Assembly (NCBI GenBank): GCA_002633005.1
Contig: NMRA01000166.1
Span: 62,001 to 126,000 of the forward strand
Source: Phoronis australis
Lineage: Eukaryota; Animalia; Phoronida
DNA: 64,000 nt
Direction of reading: 5' to 3'
Under the pieces are notes generated by a model. The model was not told the DNA's origin and did no database searches. It saw only the letters and a program-made list of their open reading frames with translations. Below are positions 28,080 to 42,400 of this stretch, one piece after another (the stretch's first letter is position 1; each line of letters begins with the position of its first letter). A program made the translations under genes and the position numbers.

Positions 28080-28697
28080 CATAGGCGGATTTAGGGGGAC
28101 CAGCCCCCCCCCCCATTGGCTGCCGCCAATAAAATAAAACAAGAGCGTAGGGAAATGTTGAGTTTATTAATTAACTCCAGTAATTAACATTATACGGCGG
28201 AAACAAGATTTAAATGTGTGCAGTGTGTTTGGGGGGGGGCTCAGATCCAATTTCAAGTGTCAAATTCGGAACACGGCTCAATCGTTACGAAACAATGGCT
28301 AAGTATAGGCTCTCCCGCGATATCCCAGGCGACCGGCAGTGGTGCTGCGCGCTACGGCTCCGTTTCCGTCGTCTTCAATGAAGAAAATTAATCCTACTTC
28401 ATTTTTTATGAGTATAGAAGCTGCTAGTAAGATGTGAATTTTAATCGAAGCCTTAGTGAATCACTCCGAAACTCAAAATTCTCTCTTTGTCAAACTTTAA
28501 CTTTAAAGACGATTTCCAAACCAATCCAGTCATTATTGCCAACACAAAAAACGGATTTCGGTCTTTTGGGCAATTGAACAATATTTCAAATACAACAAAT
28601 TTGTTACAAACTGATTGCACAAAATATAAAAAGTGTAATAAGCATTACAAAAAGAAGTAGGTTTCGCGCGCAAACGCTGTGGACCATATACAAGTAG
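28080..28697. mobile_element. Second, truncated copy of the 12036-13041 element
   Basis: Colinear similarity from cataggcggatttagggg to caaacgctgtggaccata; interrupted by Gypsy sequence. Confidence 0.75.
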
Positions 28698-28699
28698 GT

Positions 28700-31430
28700 T
28701 TTCATATCAAATTATGCGTTATTATATGTTCTACGAATTATCTATGGCCGAAATACATACACAACATTTTGGCGACGAGGATTTAGCAAGGATTTAACGA
28801 GGATTTCACATGAAGATTTACCATGGATGAATTAACGTTGAAGCCGTGTGCTGTTCAACCCAGCGAATCAGCCAGCACGCGTTGGAAACTTTGGCTGAAA
28901 CGGCTGGACAACTTTCTGGTGGCGAAAAACATCACGCAGGAAACGCGGAAGAAAGCTACGCTTCTCCATTATGCCGGCGACGATGTGTTTGCGATAAACG
29001 ATTCACATCAACGAAACATATCAGCAATTGCAGACTAAGCTGTAGGATTATTTCGCACCGAAGCGCAACACGGGATATGAGGTGTTTCAGTTCCGACAAG
29101 CGACGCAGGATGCGTCGGAAACGTTGGATATGTTTTATGCACGGCTGCGTACCCTTGCTAAATACTGTGAGTTTGCGGACATGGATCGGGAAATCAAATC
29201 CCAGCTGATTCAAAAGTCACGTTTGGCCAAGGTGTGCAAAAAAGGACTCACGGAACCGAGCATTACCTTGCACGGACTGCTTACATACGGACGTACACAG
29301 GAATCCGTAACCTTGCAAGCCCAGGCCATGGGAACGCTGACGGTGGACACTAACAAAGTAAAAGACAAACGGGGGCAACGCCTACAGGCAAGTAAATTTA
29401 CAAAATCTCGTTCGGCTAAGCCTGCAGGCCCAGGATCGTGCTGGGGCTGTGGAAAATTTTGTAAGGACAGACGGAAATGTCCCTCTTGGGGCATTACCTG
29501 CTTCAAATGCGGTAAACCAAATCATTACAAATCTGTTTGCTCTTCCCATGGACATGGCTATTCCGGACACGCGGGTAAAACGCACGTGGTGCAAGAGCAG
29601 GCCACGCCGCGGGAAACCACCTACGGTGGGGCGTGCCAAGTTGCGCGGGAAACAACTTACAGTGGAATGTATCGCCTGACACCCAACAAGACGAACAACG
29701 AACCATATTTGGTGAACATAACTGTCAACGGTCAGCCCATCCCGATGGAAATCGACACTGGCGCCAAATATACAGTGATTAATCACAGCAAATGGAAGAA
29801 ATTGTCTAGTGACCAACCACTTAAAAGCGAAGGCAACCTTTTTTCATGTCATTTTTAACAAAAATAAGGTTCGTTGGTTATCCCAAACATATTTTTCACT
29901 TAATTACAGCTTTTCATAATTTGATTAATTACTCGTGCTCTACTCCGGAAGTGACGTTTTGGGAGGCAAGAATTTCGCGCCAATTTCTTTTCATATAGTC
30001 TGACTGTGAGAGCTGTCGAGTCAGGCATTGTTCTACCTCGGTTGTGGTAAGTTCGGTCGTCTAGTTTGCTTTTGTTTACAAAGTCAGACAACATGCCACA
30101 CTGTTCCTGCGTACCGGGATGTACTCATTATCGTCTCACGCGCGCTTTGGGAATACCAGGCTTTGCATCGCTTTCCAAAGGATGACACACTTCGCCGAAC
30201 TTGGCTCACAGCGTTACCCGTCAACGCAACGTTCAAAGCAGTGGACGGTTACCGAGTGTGTGGCAAGCATTTTCTGCCGTCAGATTACGAGAGGGATATG
30301 TACGCTGAATTGATAAAGGTCCCTGCGAAACTACTTCTGAAGAAGGGTGCGATACCGTAGCTGTTGATTACCGGCAGTGCTCCGTCGCCACCCCCGAGAA
30401 GTGCGTTTTTGAAGCGAGAAGACTCGCGATCTGTGGCCACAACAGTGACTGGCGGCACTTCATCTACTGTCACCCGTGCCTCCAAAGGTACAGAGCGTGC
30501 AATTCTGGGAACTAGCAGTGATTCGCCCTGTGCTGTTGTTTCTAACACAGAGCCTGTAAGCAGCCCTGCAGCGATGTTGAGTTGTGGGAGTGAATACAGG
30601 CCCAGTTTGACACCCAGTGAAGAGGACAGTTCGTCGTCCAACGAACATATTCGTGAGCCAAACTTTGATAAGTTTATTGTGGATTTGTCTAATTGGAGCT
30701 ATTTAGAAAGTGCCAGGTGTGTGGCGAGGGAGTCACACTGCGGGATGTAAGCATTTTGGGTGCTCAGGTCACCATCCAGTGGGAGTGTGTTGCGAGACAC
30801 TGGGGCAAGTGGGACAGTTGTGCCTGTGCATACTCTGCCTCATTATACTGGGGCTCAAACATACAAGTTATACCCACCCACTGAGTGTCAGTGAAAAAAT
30901 TCCTCGTCACCACTGCTATATGAACAATGTCTCCGTTACTCACGTCACTACTGTCAATGTGATATGGGTGTCCGACTCGTCATTTTCAGATTAATACAAA
31001 CTAAAAAATCCCTAAATCCAACGTATTTGGGTTTTCTAACAACCTAGTTTGTCGTAGAAAACTCGTCGATGGGAAGTGGTGACGACAATTTTAGAAAAAC
31101 AACCCGAAAACAAAAGTAGTACAGATCATCACACTGCACTCAACGCAGAGCCAAATTGGCGCGAAATTCTTGCCTCCCAAAACGTCACTTCTGGAGTAGA
31201 GGACAAGTAATTAATTAAATTACGAAAAATTACAATTAAGTGTAAAATATGTCTTGGATAACCAACGAACCTTATTTTTGCAAAAAATGACATGAAAAAA
31301 GGTTGCCTTCGCCTTTAATGTTGCCGAGGACCGCCGGAAAGGACTGTGTTGTTACCGCTTTGGACGACGTTCGATTCAGCCGCAAAGACTTACGATGTAA
31401 ACTAGTTTATTGAACTTTTGCATCAATGGA
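28700..31430 (+). mobile_element. Gypsy/Ty3 LTR retrotransposon remnant (PBS, broken gag, protease, pol C-terminus), interrupted by Kolobok
   Basis: LTR-end cacaaca followed by PBS tggcgacgaggat (about 28770-28782, complementary to the tRNA-Ser(GCT) 3' end). gag WKLWLKRLDNF...; CCHC knuckle CFKCGKPNHYKSVC; protease MEIDTGA. Pol-tail-like GRRSIQPQRLTM* ends at 31400. Confidence 0.85.
29825..31314 (+). mobile_element. Kolobok DNA transposon (THAP plus transposase N-terminal remnant), internally deleted
   Basis: About 160-bp TIRs aagcgaaggcaacc.. / ..ggttgccttcgcct with TTAA on both sides. THAP (LHRFPKD..W..RVCGKHF..LLKKGAIP) is followed by KFIVD..LELFRKCQVC..IQWECVARHWGKWDS. Confidence 0.85.
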
Positions 31431-31490
31431 CATTTCTCTACTACAACGTAGTTAGTTGGATACATTATCAGTCAGTGTTAATTTCGTACA

Positions 31491-31652
31491 CAGTGCTGTA
31501 GTGAGGCGTAGGCGCATGTAGGCGCAGCCAACCACCTTTTAGCATTTGAACATAGCGCCTACTACGCACCGTCTTAACTTATGTTCAGTGTTCAAGGTGA
31601 TACGGTAGGCTTTTGGCACCTACTTACCTCTAATTTTACCACTACAGCACTG
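31491..31652. mobile_element. hAT-like MITE, copy 1
   Basis: TIR cagtgctgtagtg / cactacagcactg; degenerate 8-bp TSD ttcgtaca/tttgtgca. Confidence 0.7.
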
Positions 31653-32017
31653 TTTGTGCATACTATTTGTTCAGCTCATTAAAATATCAGTGCTTGTGTA
31701 ACATCGTGTTCTTGTAATTAGTCTTTGAAGAGTACGAAGTGATAATCTCACCGAGTGATGAATTTTTTTTATTAATATTTCAAGATAAAGTAACATTTAT
31801 TGCGTCACACCATAGGTGGATAAAGGGAGATCGAAGTGCCCCGAGGACACACCCCACAGGCGCCTAAAAATCGCCACCAAATATCATTTCTAGGCGTTAC
31901 TTTTGCCTTCGAATATGTGTGGTTGAATCCCCTTTCCCCGATATCCTAGATTAGCTACTACATTCTCTAAATACTCACTCCTGAGTAAAAAATAGGCCTA
32001 CATTTTTGTGAGTCAGT

Positions 32018-32177
32018 GAGTGCTGTAGTGGGGCGTAGGTGCATGTAGGCGCATGCAGCCAACCACTTTTTGGCATTTGAACGTAGCGCCTACGCACAGT
32101 AAGTTACGTTCAGTGCTCAAGGTGATGCGGTGGGTTCTGGGCGCTTACTTACCTCTAATTTTACCACTACAGCACTG
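32018..32177. mobile_element. hAT-like MITE, copy 2
   Basis: Colinear with 31491-31652. Confidence 0.7.
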
Positions 32178-32279
32178 TTAAGAACTAGTCAAAAGTGAAC
32201 ACCCTTTAAATGGTTACTAAATGGCCGAAAATACAATAATTTATTCATGTTTGTTACGACTCATAAGCAGACGAACTCA

Positions 32280-32346
32280 CGGTGTGGCTCAGTGGTTTGA
32301 GGTTGGTGCTCTTGTTTGGGAGACCTTTGAGTTCGAATCCTGGCTT
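32280..32346 (+). repeat. tRNA-derived SINE head
   Basis: A box tggctcagtgg and B box gagttcgaatcc; the cloverleaf is not intact. Confidence 0.45.
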
Positions 32347-33466
32347 TACTCAGGGCTGCCAATCCGAGTATTAAAGGCCTATGGTCCGAGTTATAGAAGA
32401 AAAAAACCTCTTAACGCCGTTTAAGCCGGTTTTTTGATGTGACATGGAGTTCAAAAAGTTATTAACTTTCAACTTGTGCAAAAAGTTTGAAAAAAATCGT
32501 TGTAAATACTACAAACGAATGAAATGTTTACAAAGAATTTAGTATCCNTAATTGCACAAAGGTGTCTCTTACTCCTCTGAGCTCGGTCTTATACTATGCG
32601 CAAGCTAGGGTGTCAATTAGAACCTGGATATAATGCGAAAGCGAGCTCCTGTGCTCATATATTTAAGAAAAAAATAACTCACGGCTGTCGGAGTTCTGGT
32701 TGCGCAGGGACATTCCGGCGACGTGAACTTTCGAAGGTGACGATTCGAAGTACTAGAGGACCTTCGCCGGAGTAGCGATTCAAAACCTTCGGAATTGTGG
32801 CATCTAACCTTGGAAATCAGTCTTTTCCATGATCAACTTGAGTTAGTTGTTTATCGTATGAAGTCTGCGAGGCTGTGCACCGATTGACACTAGGAAGTCT
32901 ATCTTTGACCAAAGTTTTCATTGGGTCTAGTCCCCCTTTCGGTGCACCGCCCATATGGACCATGGGCGGCGCAGCACTGAAATAAGTGGGGGGTTATAGC
33001 CTCCCCAGCCCCGGGCCTTATGGTGCGCCGCCCATGATACTCGCCCTCCGACCGGTGCCGCATGGCTGTACCGCCTTCGCCACTGACTAACCCGGCCTCG
33101 GCTGGCCACTAGAGCCAAAGGTAAAGCAGTTAGGCCGAGTCAAAAAGAATTCCAATAAATAAGAAGTTTGCCTTACGGTTCATTCTGCCGTAGACGTTAG
33201 CTGATCTCATTTGCAGTCCGGCGACGGGCGCCGCAGTCACGGTTGTCGTGATGTACGTGAACTTGGAATCTTGAGTGACCTTGGGTTTGTCGGGTGCAGC
33301 GGCGATGTGAGCCCAGCTGAATAGATTAACAACAAGCTTCCGTTCGCGCCCAACTAGTGGCGCTCTTAACCCACAATCCTTTGCCAGTCCAAAAACATGG
33401 AAGACGGGGTTGTCGAAAATGCACACCGACTGTAACATTTATAGCTAAATTGTAGTCGTCATTATA

Positions 33467-33477
33467 ATGGCGCATAG
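33467..33477 (+). CDS. MAP3K4: MAP3K4 exon 1 coding part (MAHR)
   Basis: ataATGGCG CAT AG|gtaagt; phase 2 matches the acceptor at 39346. Confidence 0.65.
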
Positions 33478-36400
33478 GTAAGTTTAACCAAAGAATTAGC
33501 TTTGCTCGCTCAAGGTGCTGCTTTGAAAAAATTGTGTGCAAAGTCTGTAAAAGTTCTGTTCTTTGCATTTTTTCTTGGTGTCTGTTCTAAAAATTAGCCT
33601 AGGCCAGGACTTAGTAAAGTACTACAGCCTGTACTAGTACAGCCTACAGGGGATTTGTGCTACAGCTAGGCAATTACATCGCTCTGCATGACACAGTCAT
33701 ACAGGGGCGATATTGCGCCCCCATAAAAGTTACTCATCTTAAAATACTGCGAATAACATCAGATGAATTATGCATATACACACTGAGTTATAATTTACAG
33801 GTTAACCATGACTGCAGATCGGGCATTTACATCGCCCTGATGCAGAAGCCGAAGGTATTCAGAGGCGATAGTACATCCCCATAAGAAGTTACTCATCTCA
33901 AAATACAGCGAATAAAATCAAATGAATAATGCATATCATACACACTGAGTTATAATTATCACAATTGAATACAATTTAGTCAACATTAACTTGGAACATA
34001 TCGATGGAAATCTGTCGCGGTTTGCTTGAGCTTTTCTCACCGGGTACCATTTTGAGGAAGTTACATGAAATCATGCCTGTTGATGAATGTTGATGAATAA
34101 AAAACGTTCAAGGGACACAAATCTCACAAATTCCTCCGGATATCTCCTCATGGTATTCTGCAAATGTCACTGATGCACCAGGTCATGCAATTCACTCAGT
34201 CTCGCATTAGTCTTTCCCTAAATAACGTGGCTCAGTTGAAATACTTTGTGGTTATCACGCGCAGTGAAAAAGTCAATGGTGACCAAAAAATGGAGTTGGA
34301 ATTCTTTGCCAAAGCCACCTTTATTCTCGTAGCTATTCTTCATCGAAGGTATGTGTAGAAGCAGAAAGGATCACTGAAGAAAGTAAGTGCTTTTTTGAGT
34401 GATAGTTTGAAGGGTAGAACGTATTTTGACTAGGTGAAATCTCTGAATTGGTTAGTGGATTTTGCCTACTGCCCGTTTAAAATGCACAGGACGAAATTAG
34501 TACAGAAAGTGATGGGAAGTATTGTAGTCCCTAACCAGCTAACCATGGGGCTACGTGTTGCCTAGACTGCAGAAAATTTAGCCAACATAATTTGAACATA
34601 CCCATGAGCGTCCCTCACCGGGTGCCATTTTGTCGAAGTTACAGGGAATCACACCTGTTGGCAAATAAAAAGTCCAAGGGAAATAAATCTTACAAATTCT
34701 ACCAGCTATCTTCCCATGCTGCATTTTGTGTCACGTGCAAGGTCACACAATACACTCAGTCTCGCGCTTGTCCTTGCCTAACTCCCGTGATATCAATCGA
34801 AATTCTCTGTGTTATCATGTGCGCTGAAAAAGTTAACGGCTACCAAAAAAGTGAAGACTGCATTCTTCGCTTAAGTCATCTCAATTCCCGTAATGCGTCA
34901 TTGAAGTTATGTGTAGGACCAGAAAGAATTGCTGAAGAAAGTAAGCACATCCTTAAGTCACAATAATTTTTAGTGTAAAATGAATTTTTTATGAGTTGAA
35001 AACCTCTTATTCAGTGACTGGATTTGGACTATCGTCCGTTTAAAATACACAAGATGAAATTAGTACAGAAAGTGGTGGGGAGTATTGTAGCCCATCCTAC
35101 TTTCAGAAAATACCGTTATGTACTTTTACTGAGTTAAAATTTTCCGATTCTATTCCACGTTAGGGCTGATCTGAGAAAAAGATTTTCTCGGCGATATTAT
35201 CATTTTTTAAAAAGTTCTTAAAAGAACCCGTTGGCACATCATATAAGATGAGCATTTGAGCTAACCATTAACAACTTTAACTGCAACAAAAATTTACAAC
35301 ATTTACATAACCCTAAAACATGATTGGCTGTGGTATTCTCATTTTACAGAAAAGTTTGTTAATTGCAAAATATTTTCTGCTTATGAAATCAATTAGTTAT
35401 CGGCACTGCAACTACAGCACTTAGTGGACCCTGAAATGCCTTTACACATTGGATATGTGGATAGCCCTATGACATTGCTATCCAAAGAGTACGCAATGTT
35501 TCCAATGCTCAACATAAAAAGTCATTTGCACGAAAAATGAATTGATGCATAAATAGAGGCCCTCATTCTTTACAATTAGTTATAATATCACAGGATGTAT
35601 CTGTGCAGTGGTAATGAGTGACTGATGGTTTGGTGCATTTTGTACTTGGAACAGGGTAAGGATGAACTGCATTCCGAAATGGGCCCAATCATATTTACGT
35701 AAAGGATCCCAAGCTTTTATTGTAATACAAACATAGACATACATGTCGTTAACCATGTTTTGTGAATAAAAAGTGCAGCTGCTTTATGTGTGAGATGGTC
35801 TAGGCAATAGATCAGACAGGAGCCTCTTAGAAGAGCTTCTAACCTGGAACTTGATACAGAATTGCAAAAAAAACATTGAAGTCGTAATTAGATAAGCTAG
35901 AATCTACTTTTTAACAGGTGTGCTGAACAGCTCTGCAAACCGGTGACTAGGTTTGAGCATCCTTATTGTGACTAATGTGCCAAGAATATTGAAGTCTTGT
36001 GAAGAAGTCACTGACATCGATTCACAATTAGAATAACAAATTAGTTGTCAAGCATAATTAGCTGGCAATCCCATAAAAAATCTTCGCAAACGCACTTTGA
36101 TATCTAGAATATTTTATGGGGAGAATTCTTGTGGAATAATATAATCAGACCTTCCGAATTGTTAAAGCAGCTTCAAAAGCCATGTTTGTTGTCAAAAATA
36201 GTTTTGAGTCAGGCCACTTACCTTTATAAAATTGGTACTGTCTTGGTCCTTGCTTATTATAGAAGGGGTCTCTGTATTCAGGTAGAACTGTCTGACATTT
36301 TGTCAGTCCAAGCTTATACAGTGTGTCTTGAAATTTTATGAACTTGGTCTGAACAAGTAACTCCTGTCGGTTCTTTCGAATCCCTGGACTCAGCTCCAAT

Positions 36401-39400
36401 TTGACCAAGCAACAATTACATGAGGTTAAGTGGTCTCAATCAAAAATTGTTTTTTCTTTTTGAATGTGGGTTTATAGCCGCTTTAAAGGAAACAGCATTG
36501 TAAGTTCCACATTCATTCACGTTCTTCATTGGCTTTAATTCATGAAAATCGACAACCAAGCAGACCCCACACGGTTTAAGGTATATTTTCACTGCCGTGT
36601 GACCAGTACTGGTGTGGAAACCCCAACTTTGTGCTATGGAAACTGGAAAAGAATTTGCACTGAACAGCTGGCCTTAGTTCTCTGGTTTATGTTTTGAAGG
36701 TGTAATGCAAGCCAAAAAATGTAAAAACGACACATTTGGGTGCTGGAAACTATCTAGGTGAAAATCTTGCATTGTGAAGCACTAGGTTGAGTTGGGAAAT
36801 TATGTAAAACAAATAGCAGTCAGCATTGTTGCTTTAATAGTGTACTGTCTGAGTATTAAGTAAAATGCTGTACCCTTGCGATAACTTTCAGCTACTTGAA
36901 AATTTTTAGAGTCATTATAATGGTGCTAGTTATATGAAGTGTAGCGTGACAGTTTTAACCAATGTGCCATCTCAAAACCAAGTCCAGCAAAGTGGCTCAC
37001 TTCTTACAGTGGAAGGGGATTGGTGAGCCTCTAGGGAAGACTACTACTTTTTGCCCAAATGCCCACATGGCCAGGGTGCCCTCTCTGAATCAGGGGGCCT
37101 GGTTGTACTACTGCCGTTTTTCAAATGCAGTGTTGGACAGTTGGACACCAGAATTGAAAGCCCAACTTAGGATAGCATAATCCTCATGGGTACTGTTCCA
37201 ACCAATAAATAGTTATATTTCTGTAAGAATATACCAAAAAGCAGAAAGTCCAGAGTTCTCTGTGTGAAACTTTGCCCTTTTTGATGTTATTTGATCCTTT
37301 GATCTTTCAAATGAGTTAAATTCAATCCTGTTACTAAGGCAATTTACTTGGCCACATATTAAAAACTGTTATTTTCCTGTCACACTTTCTTGTGGTCAAG
37401 GTCAAGGTCACAACTTTCTTGGTCAGGTAACCTATTGTGGTAATTTGTAGATTTATAACAAAAATATGAAAGGGAGATAATTACTGTTTTGGCCGTTTAC
37501 TTATATCCGATCTATTATTCACAAGCAGCTGTTTCCATACACATTCTTTAGTATGCTTTGTTTCATCCATCAATAAGTCAATCAGGTGAGCAGCTTCATT
37601 CCACGTTCATCTCCTGTATGTGTGGAACATCTGCAGGCAATGTATTGTCTAGGATCCACTGTTGTGTATTTTGGTTTGAGTACAACACAAAGCAACTATC
37701 ATAGAAAAATAAAAGATTGAAACCCAGCCTCCAAATGCATCGACTAACTAGTTGTAGTTTGTCAAATCTTTTGCTCACAAAGATGGATGTCTATAACCCA
37801 ATAACTGTCCCACAATGCATTTGAAAATCAACAACAATACTTTTATGAATAGACAGGGCACTATCAGGAGTTCATGCAGGAATTCAAAAATAGGACGTCC
37901 AAAATGAGTTTCCAAATTTCTTGGGGCATCCATGACCATTAATACGTGATGGGACACAGTTTGAGTTGGACGTCCATTTGGAGGTTTTAGACACCTGAAT
38001 AAGGCTTGGCCCCCATCTCTGCTGCCTCCTGTCGGTGTGGCTGACAGTCAGGTGACCTAACCATAACCCTTTGTACGTTTCTGTTTGACCTTGAGCACAT
38101 TGACTGTTGTGGAGTTCTGTCTTCAATTTCAATGACGGAATAAACAACTTTTTTATGACTTGCATCTACTGCAAGAACAACGGACTAAATCACTAAGTCC
38201 ATGTTTTGTGGCTCACTCAAGTTTTACTTTTTTGCACGCTTTGGTGGCTCTGCATATAATGGTTGTTGTACACTGTTGTTTAGGACACAATGCCTCTTTT
38301 TAGTGTCAATTTTGACAACGCAAACGTGGAAGTGCACGTGTTCCAAACATGCAGAACAATTTTAGTTTGGACACAACACATTGTCACGCCTAATGGCGAA
38401 TTCAAGCAAATTGTGAATAAGGAGTAATTTATTTTAAAATTAGCTGAGCGATTCACTTTCACTATTGTCTTTGGCTCATTCCTGGACCATTTGTTTAGTA
38501 ACGTGCATCCAAATGAGGACATGTGGATTGATGCCCAGACTAGGAATTCTCCCACCTATTGTGCAGTGAAAGAGTGCAATGAAGTTCAGGCTGAGGTCAG
38601 CACTGCAAATTCATATTTACTGAGGTGCTACTTGTCAAATTGTTCACTGAATAATAACAGAACAATGGTATCAACAACATTCATCAAATTTCTTTCATTA
38701 GATATTCCAGATAATGTCTCAAAGTTTTTGCATTTTTTGAAATTTTGTTAAATTCTTGTGTATGAACCCACTGAAAAATTGCAGTCACATACATTTGTAC
38801 CAATAGGTATCGCATACTGGTCGCTTGCAATGCACGACACATCACATCACTAAGTTAACCTCTAGTTTGAAAACAAACGTTTGCCGTGTAGCATGGTTGA
38901 AAAACACTAACATACTATTTTTCCGAAATTTGGTTATGTTTGGTCATGCATTCTATTTTGGAGTTGTATAAAACGATAACTAAACAGTAAAAATTCATCG
39001 GATTTTGATCAGTGTTCAAAATGGTACTCTTCAGGTCTTTTTGTATCACAAGTAAGCCATACTTTAAACAATAACCATAGATCCAGACATTGCAGGCATT
39101 ATAACCTTCATACACAGGTTGATCTAGGGTGTTACGAGGGAGGACCGACTACAATTCCAACGGAGAAATGTTCAAGACAGTGCTTAAACAACAATGAACC
39201 AACATATATCTAACTACTATTGGAATGTGGTTGAGAATTGCAAATGTACCTTTATGTAAAGGTGACCATAAATGCATACAAAATCAGGGTAGATGTTTTG
39301 AGTGAGTGAATGTTATTGATGACTAAGTTGTTCTTGTTTTTACAGATATGGTGCTGATGACTATGTGGATGATGAGTCACCTCTCACCTCAATTGATACA

Positions 39401-42400
39401 GAGAATGACCCGGCTGAAGAACATTTGGCATATTCTGCACAGCGATCGTCGAGGCGAGAGAAAGAACGCAGCAAGTATCGTGGTCGAAACTCTAAGGAAA
39501 ACATTAGACTCTCCAAACGGGACCATGGCTGCATCAAGGAACCATATCAGAAAGACGTCATGTACTATCTACTTGCAGATCGCGATGACAGCAGTGATCG
39601 AAAAACCAACAATAGGAAAAAGGACAAGGCACGAAAAACAAATCGCCGATATGAACGAGATGTAAAGTCCAACTCTGGCGAGCTTACAGAAGCCTTGAAC
39701 ATGATCAATCCCGGAGCTGGAAAACCAGATATGCTCTCGAACTTACAGCATATTTCTGTTGCCACCCCAAACCATTTTAGATCGGTGCGCTCACGTCCAT
39801 CAGATGTTTCGAAGCCAGAGAGCCGGGCAGCAATACAGGCAGCCAAGCGGCAGATGTCTTCTGTGGGGTGTGCCGAGTGTCCTCCAGATCGGGTACATTT
39901 CTATGAAATTTTTAAAAAGCTTATCACACTCGGTGATAAGGCTCACAAAGACAAGGAGAAGAAAGAGACTGAAAGTATGCTTAACCGCCAGCTAAGTAGT
40001 GAGCAGGAGCTGTGGCAGAGTGAGCTGAGGGATGTTATCTGGCTGGAGCTACAGGCCTGGCACACTGGCCAGCCGGGCAACCTCAGCGCTATGGACAAAC
40101 AGCTGCTGAAGAACCGAAACAAAATTCCTGAGATCTTGGAGGAAATCAGGAGCTTTAAGTTTGAGCCGTCCCAACCTGGTGCAGTTGAGGAGTCACAGGG
40201 CATGACTGTGAGGTGTCCTTGGACTAATCTAAGTATGGAGCACCTCAGGCACCAGAAAGAGGCTGTGATACAGGTCAACAAGTTGCTTGACAACTTGGAG
40301 TGGGCAGAGAGGCTGTTCCCAAGGCGCTTATATTTTGGCAGAGATTTCGAGCTGTATGTGAACTCAAAATTTGTCCATAGAGTTGAAGCTCTGTGCCTAT
40401 GGTTGACCATAACCAAAGATTTGGCATGTTTGCTCAAAATGATGGCCAAGACCCTTGGTATATTGTACATTGGTGATCATGACTGGTCTTATCTTGATCT
40501 CAACGGCCGAGGTCTAGATGGTACTGATGACAATGGTGACAGCTTTCAAAATCCTACTGGTGATGACAATGATCAGGGACTCTGTGACAGCCAATTAGAC
40601 GGTATCGACACGACTTTGTCCAAGCTGAAGATAAACAAAAGTGTCCGGTTCTCTGACCTAAGTGGTGCCTCCACCCCTCGGTCACCCAGTCCCACTGCAG
40701 ACATGGAACTGACCTCGACCCCAATGAAACTTCACCATACTATGTCCTCAGCATCTGACCTTTCAAGTTCTTTCTTTAATGATGAGGTGCCCACATGCAT
40801 CTACCGACCATTTGTCGACAAAAGCCTGCGTAAAATGGGGCTGAAGAAGATAATCCAGCGTCTCCACAGTCTACTCAGCATGAGTTTGAAGCGTGCTCGT
40901 CATGCCCTGGAGGTCCCCAGACCAACCCAGGAAGAATGCCGAATGACACACACCAATGATAAAATACCAGTAAGGCATTTCGAGACTCAAAAGTATTCAC
41001 TTGTGAGCTTAAATTATGTATTTGCATGCTCCTAACTATGCTAATTTACAGGCCCCGGGGCAACTGGACAGCCATGCTATTTTAACATATCCCTTACTCT
41101 GAACAAGATGCAGTTTTATTCATAGATAAACAAAAAACAAAACTTCTAAATTTGTTAATAGATGACCTTTTCGCTCATGCTGTACCTCATGGGCTCACAT
41201 GGCACACATCATGTAATGCTATTCCCTGACACATTCCAGTACTTAATGGGCTCACATGGTGTACATCATGTAATGCTATTCCCTGACACATTCCAGTACT
41301 TAATGGGCTCACGTGGTGCACATCATGTAATGCTATTCCCTGACACATTCCAGTACTTAATGGGCTCACATGGCGCACATCATGTAATGCTATTCCCTGA
41401 CACATTCCAGTACTTAATGGGCTCACATGGCGCACATCATGTAATGCTATTCCCTGACACATTCCAGTACTTAATGGGCTCACATGGCGCACATCATGTA
41501 ATGCTATTCCCTGACACATTCCAGTACTTAATGGGCTCACATGGCGCACATCATGTAATGCTATTCCCTGACACATTCCAGTACTTAATGGGCTCACATG
41601 GCGCACATCATGTAATGCTATTCCCTGACACATTCCAGTACTTAATGGGCTCACATGGCGCACATCATGTAATGCTATTCCCTGACACATTCCAGTACTT
41701 AATGGGCTCACATGGCGCACATCATGTAATGCTATTCCCTGACACATTCCAGTACTTAATGGGCTCACATGGCGCACATCATGTAATGCTATTCCCTGAC
41801 ACATTCCAGTACTTAATGGGCTCACATGGCGCACATCATGTAATGCTATTCCCTGACACATTCCAGTACTTAATGGGCTCACATGGCGCACATCATGTAA
41901 TGCTATTCCCTGACACATTCCAGTACTTAATGGGCTCACATGGCGCACATCATGTAATGCTATTCCCTGACACATTCCAGTACTTAATGGGCTCACATGG
42001 CGCACATCATGTAATGCTATTCCCTGACACATTCCAGTACTTAATGGGCTCACATGGCGCACATCATGTAATGCTATTCCCTGACACATTCCAGTACTTA
42101 ATGGGCTCACATGGCGCACATCATGTAATGCTATTCCCTGACACATTCCAGTACTTAATGGGCTCACATGGTGCACATCATGTAATGCTATTCCCTGACA
42201 CATTCCAGTACTTAATGGGCTCACATGGTGCACATCATGTAATGCTATTCCCTGACACATTCCAGTACTTAATGGGCTCACATGGTGCACATCATGTAAT
42301 GCTATTCCCTGACACATTCCAGTACTTAATGGGCTCACATGGTGCACATCATGTAATGCTATTCCCTGACACATTCCAGTACTTAATGGGCTCACATGGT

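Noticed and set aside
32800-32815. Telomerase RNA template-like ctaacct
   Set aside because: Too short, not 1.5 copies of a telomere repeat, and no supporting pseudoknot or H/ACA features could be seen.
33130-33568. Minus-strand ORFs of 102 and 80 aa at the MAP3K4 promoter
   Set aside because: No recognisable domain, and they overlap MAP3K4 exon 1 or its leader in antisense; likely chance ORFs in GC-richer DNA.
41052-41102. Possible alternative terminal exon (tttacag|[16 protein letters not shown])
   Set aside because: The acceptor is plausible and in phase, but there is no other support; it cannot be distinguished from chance.
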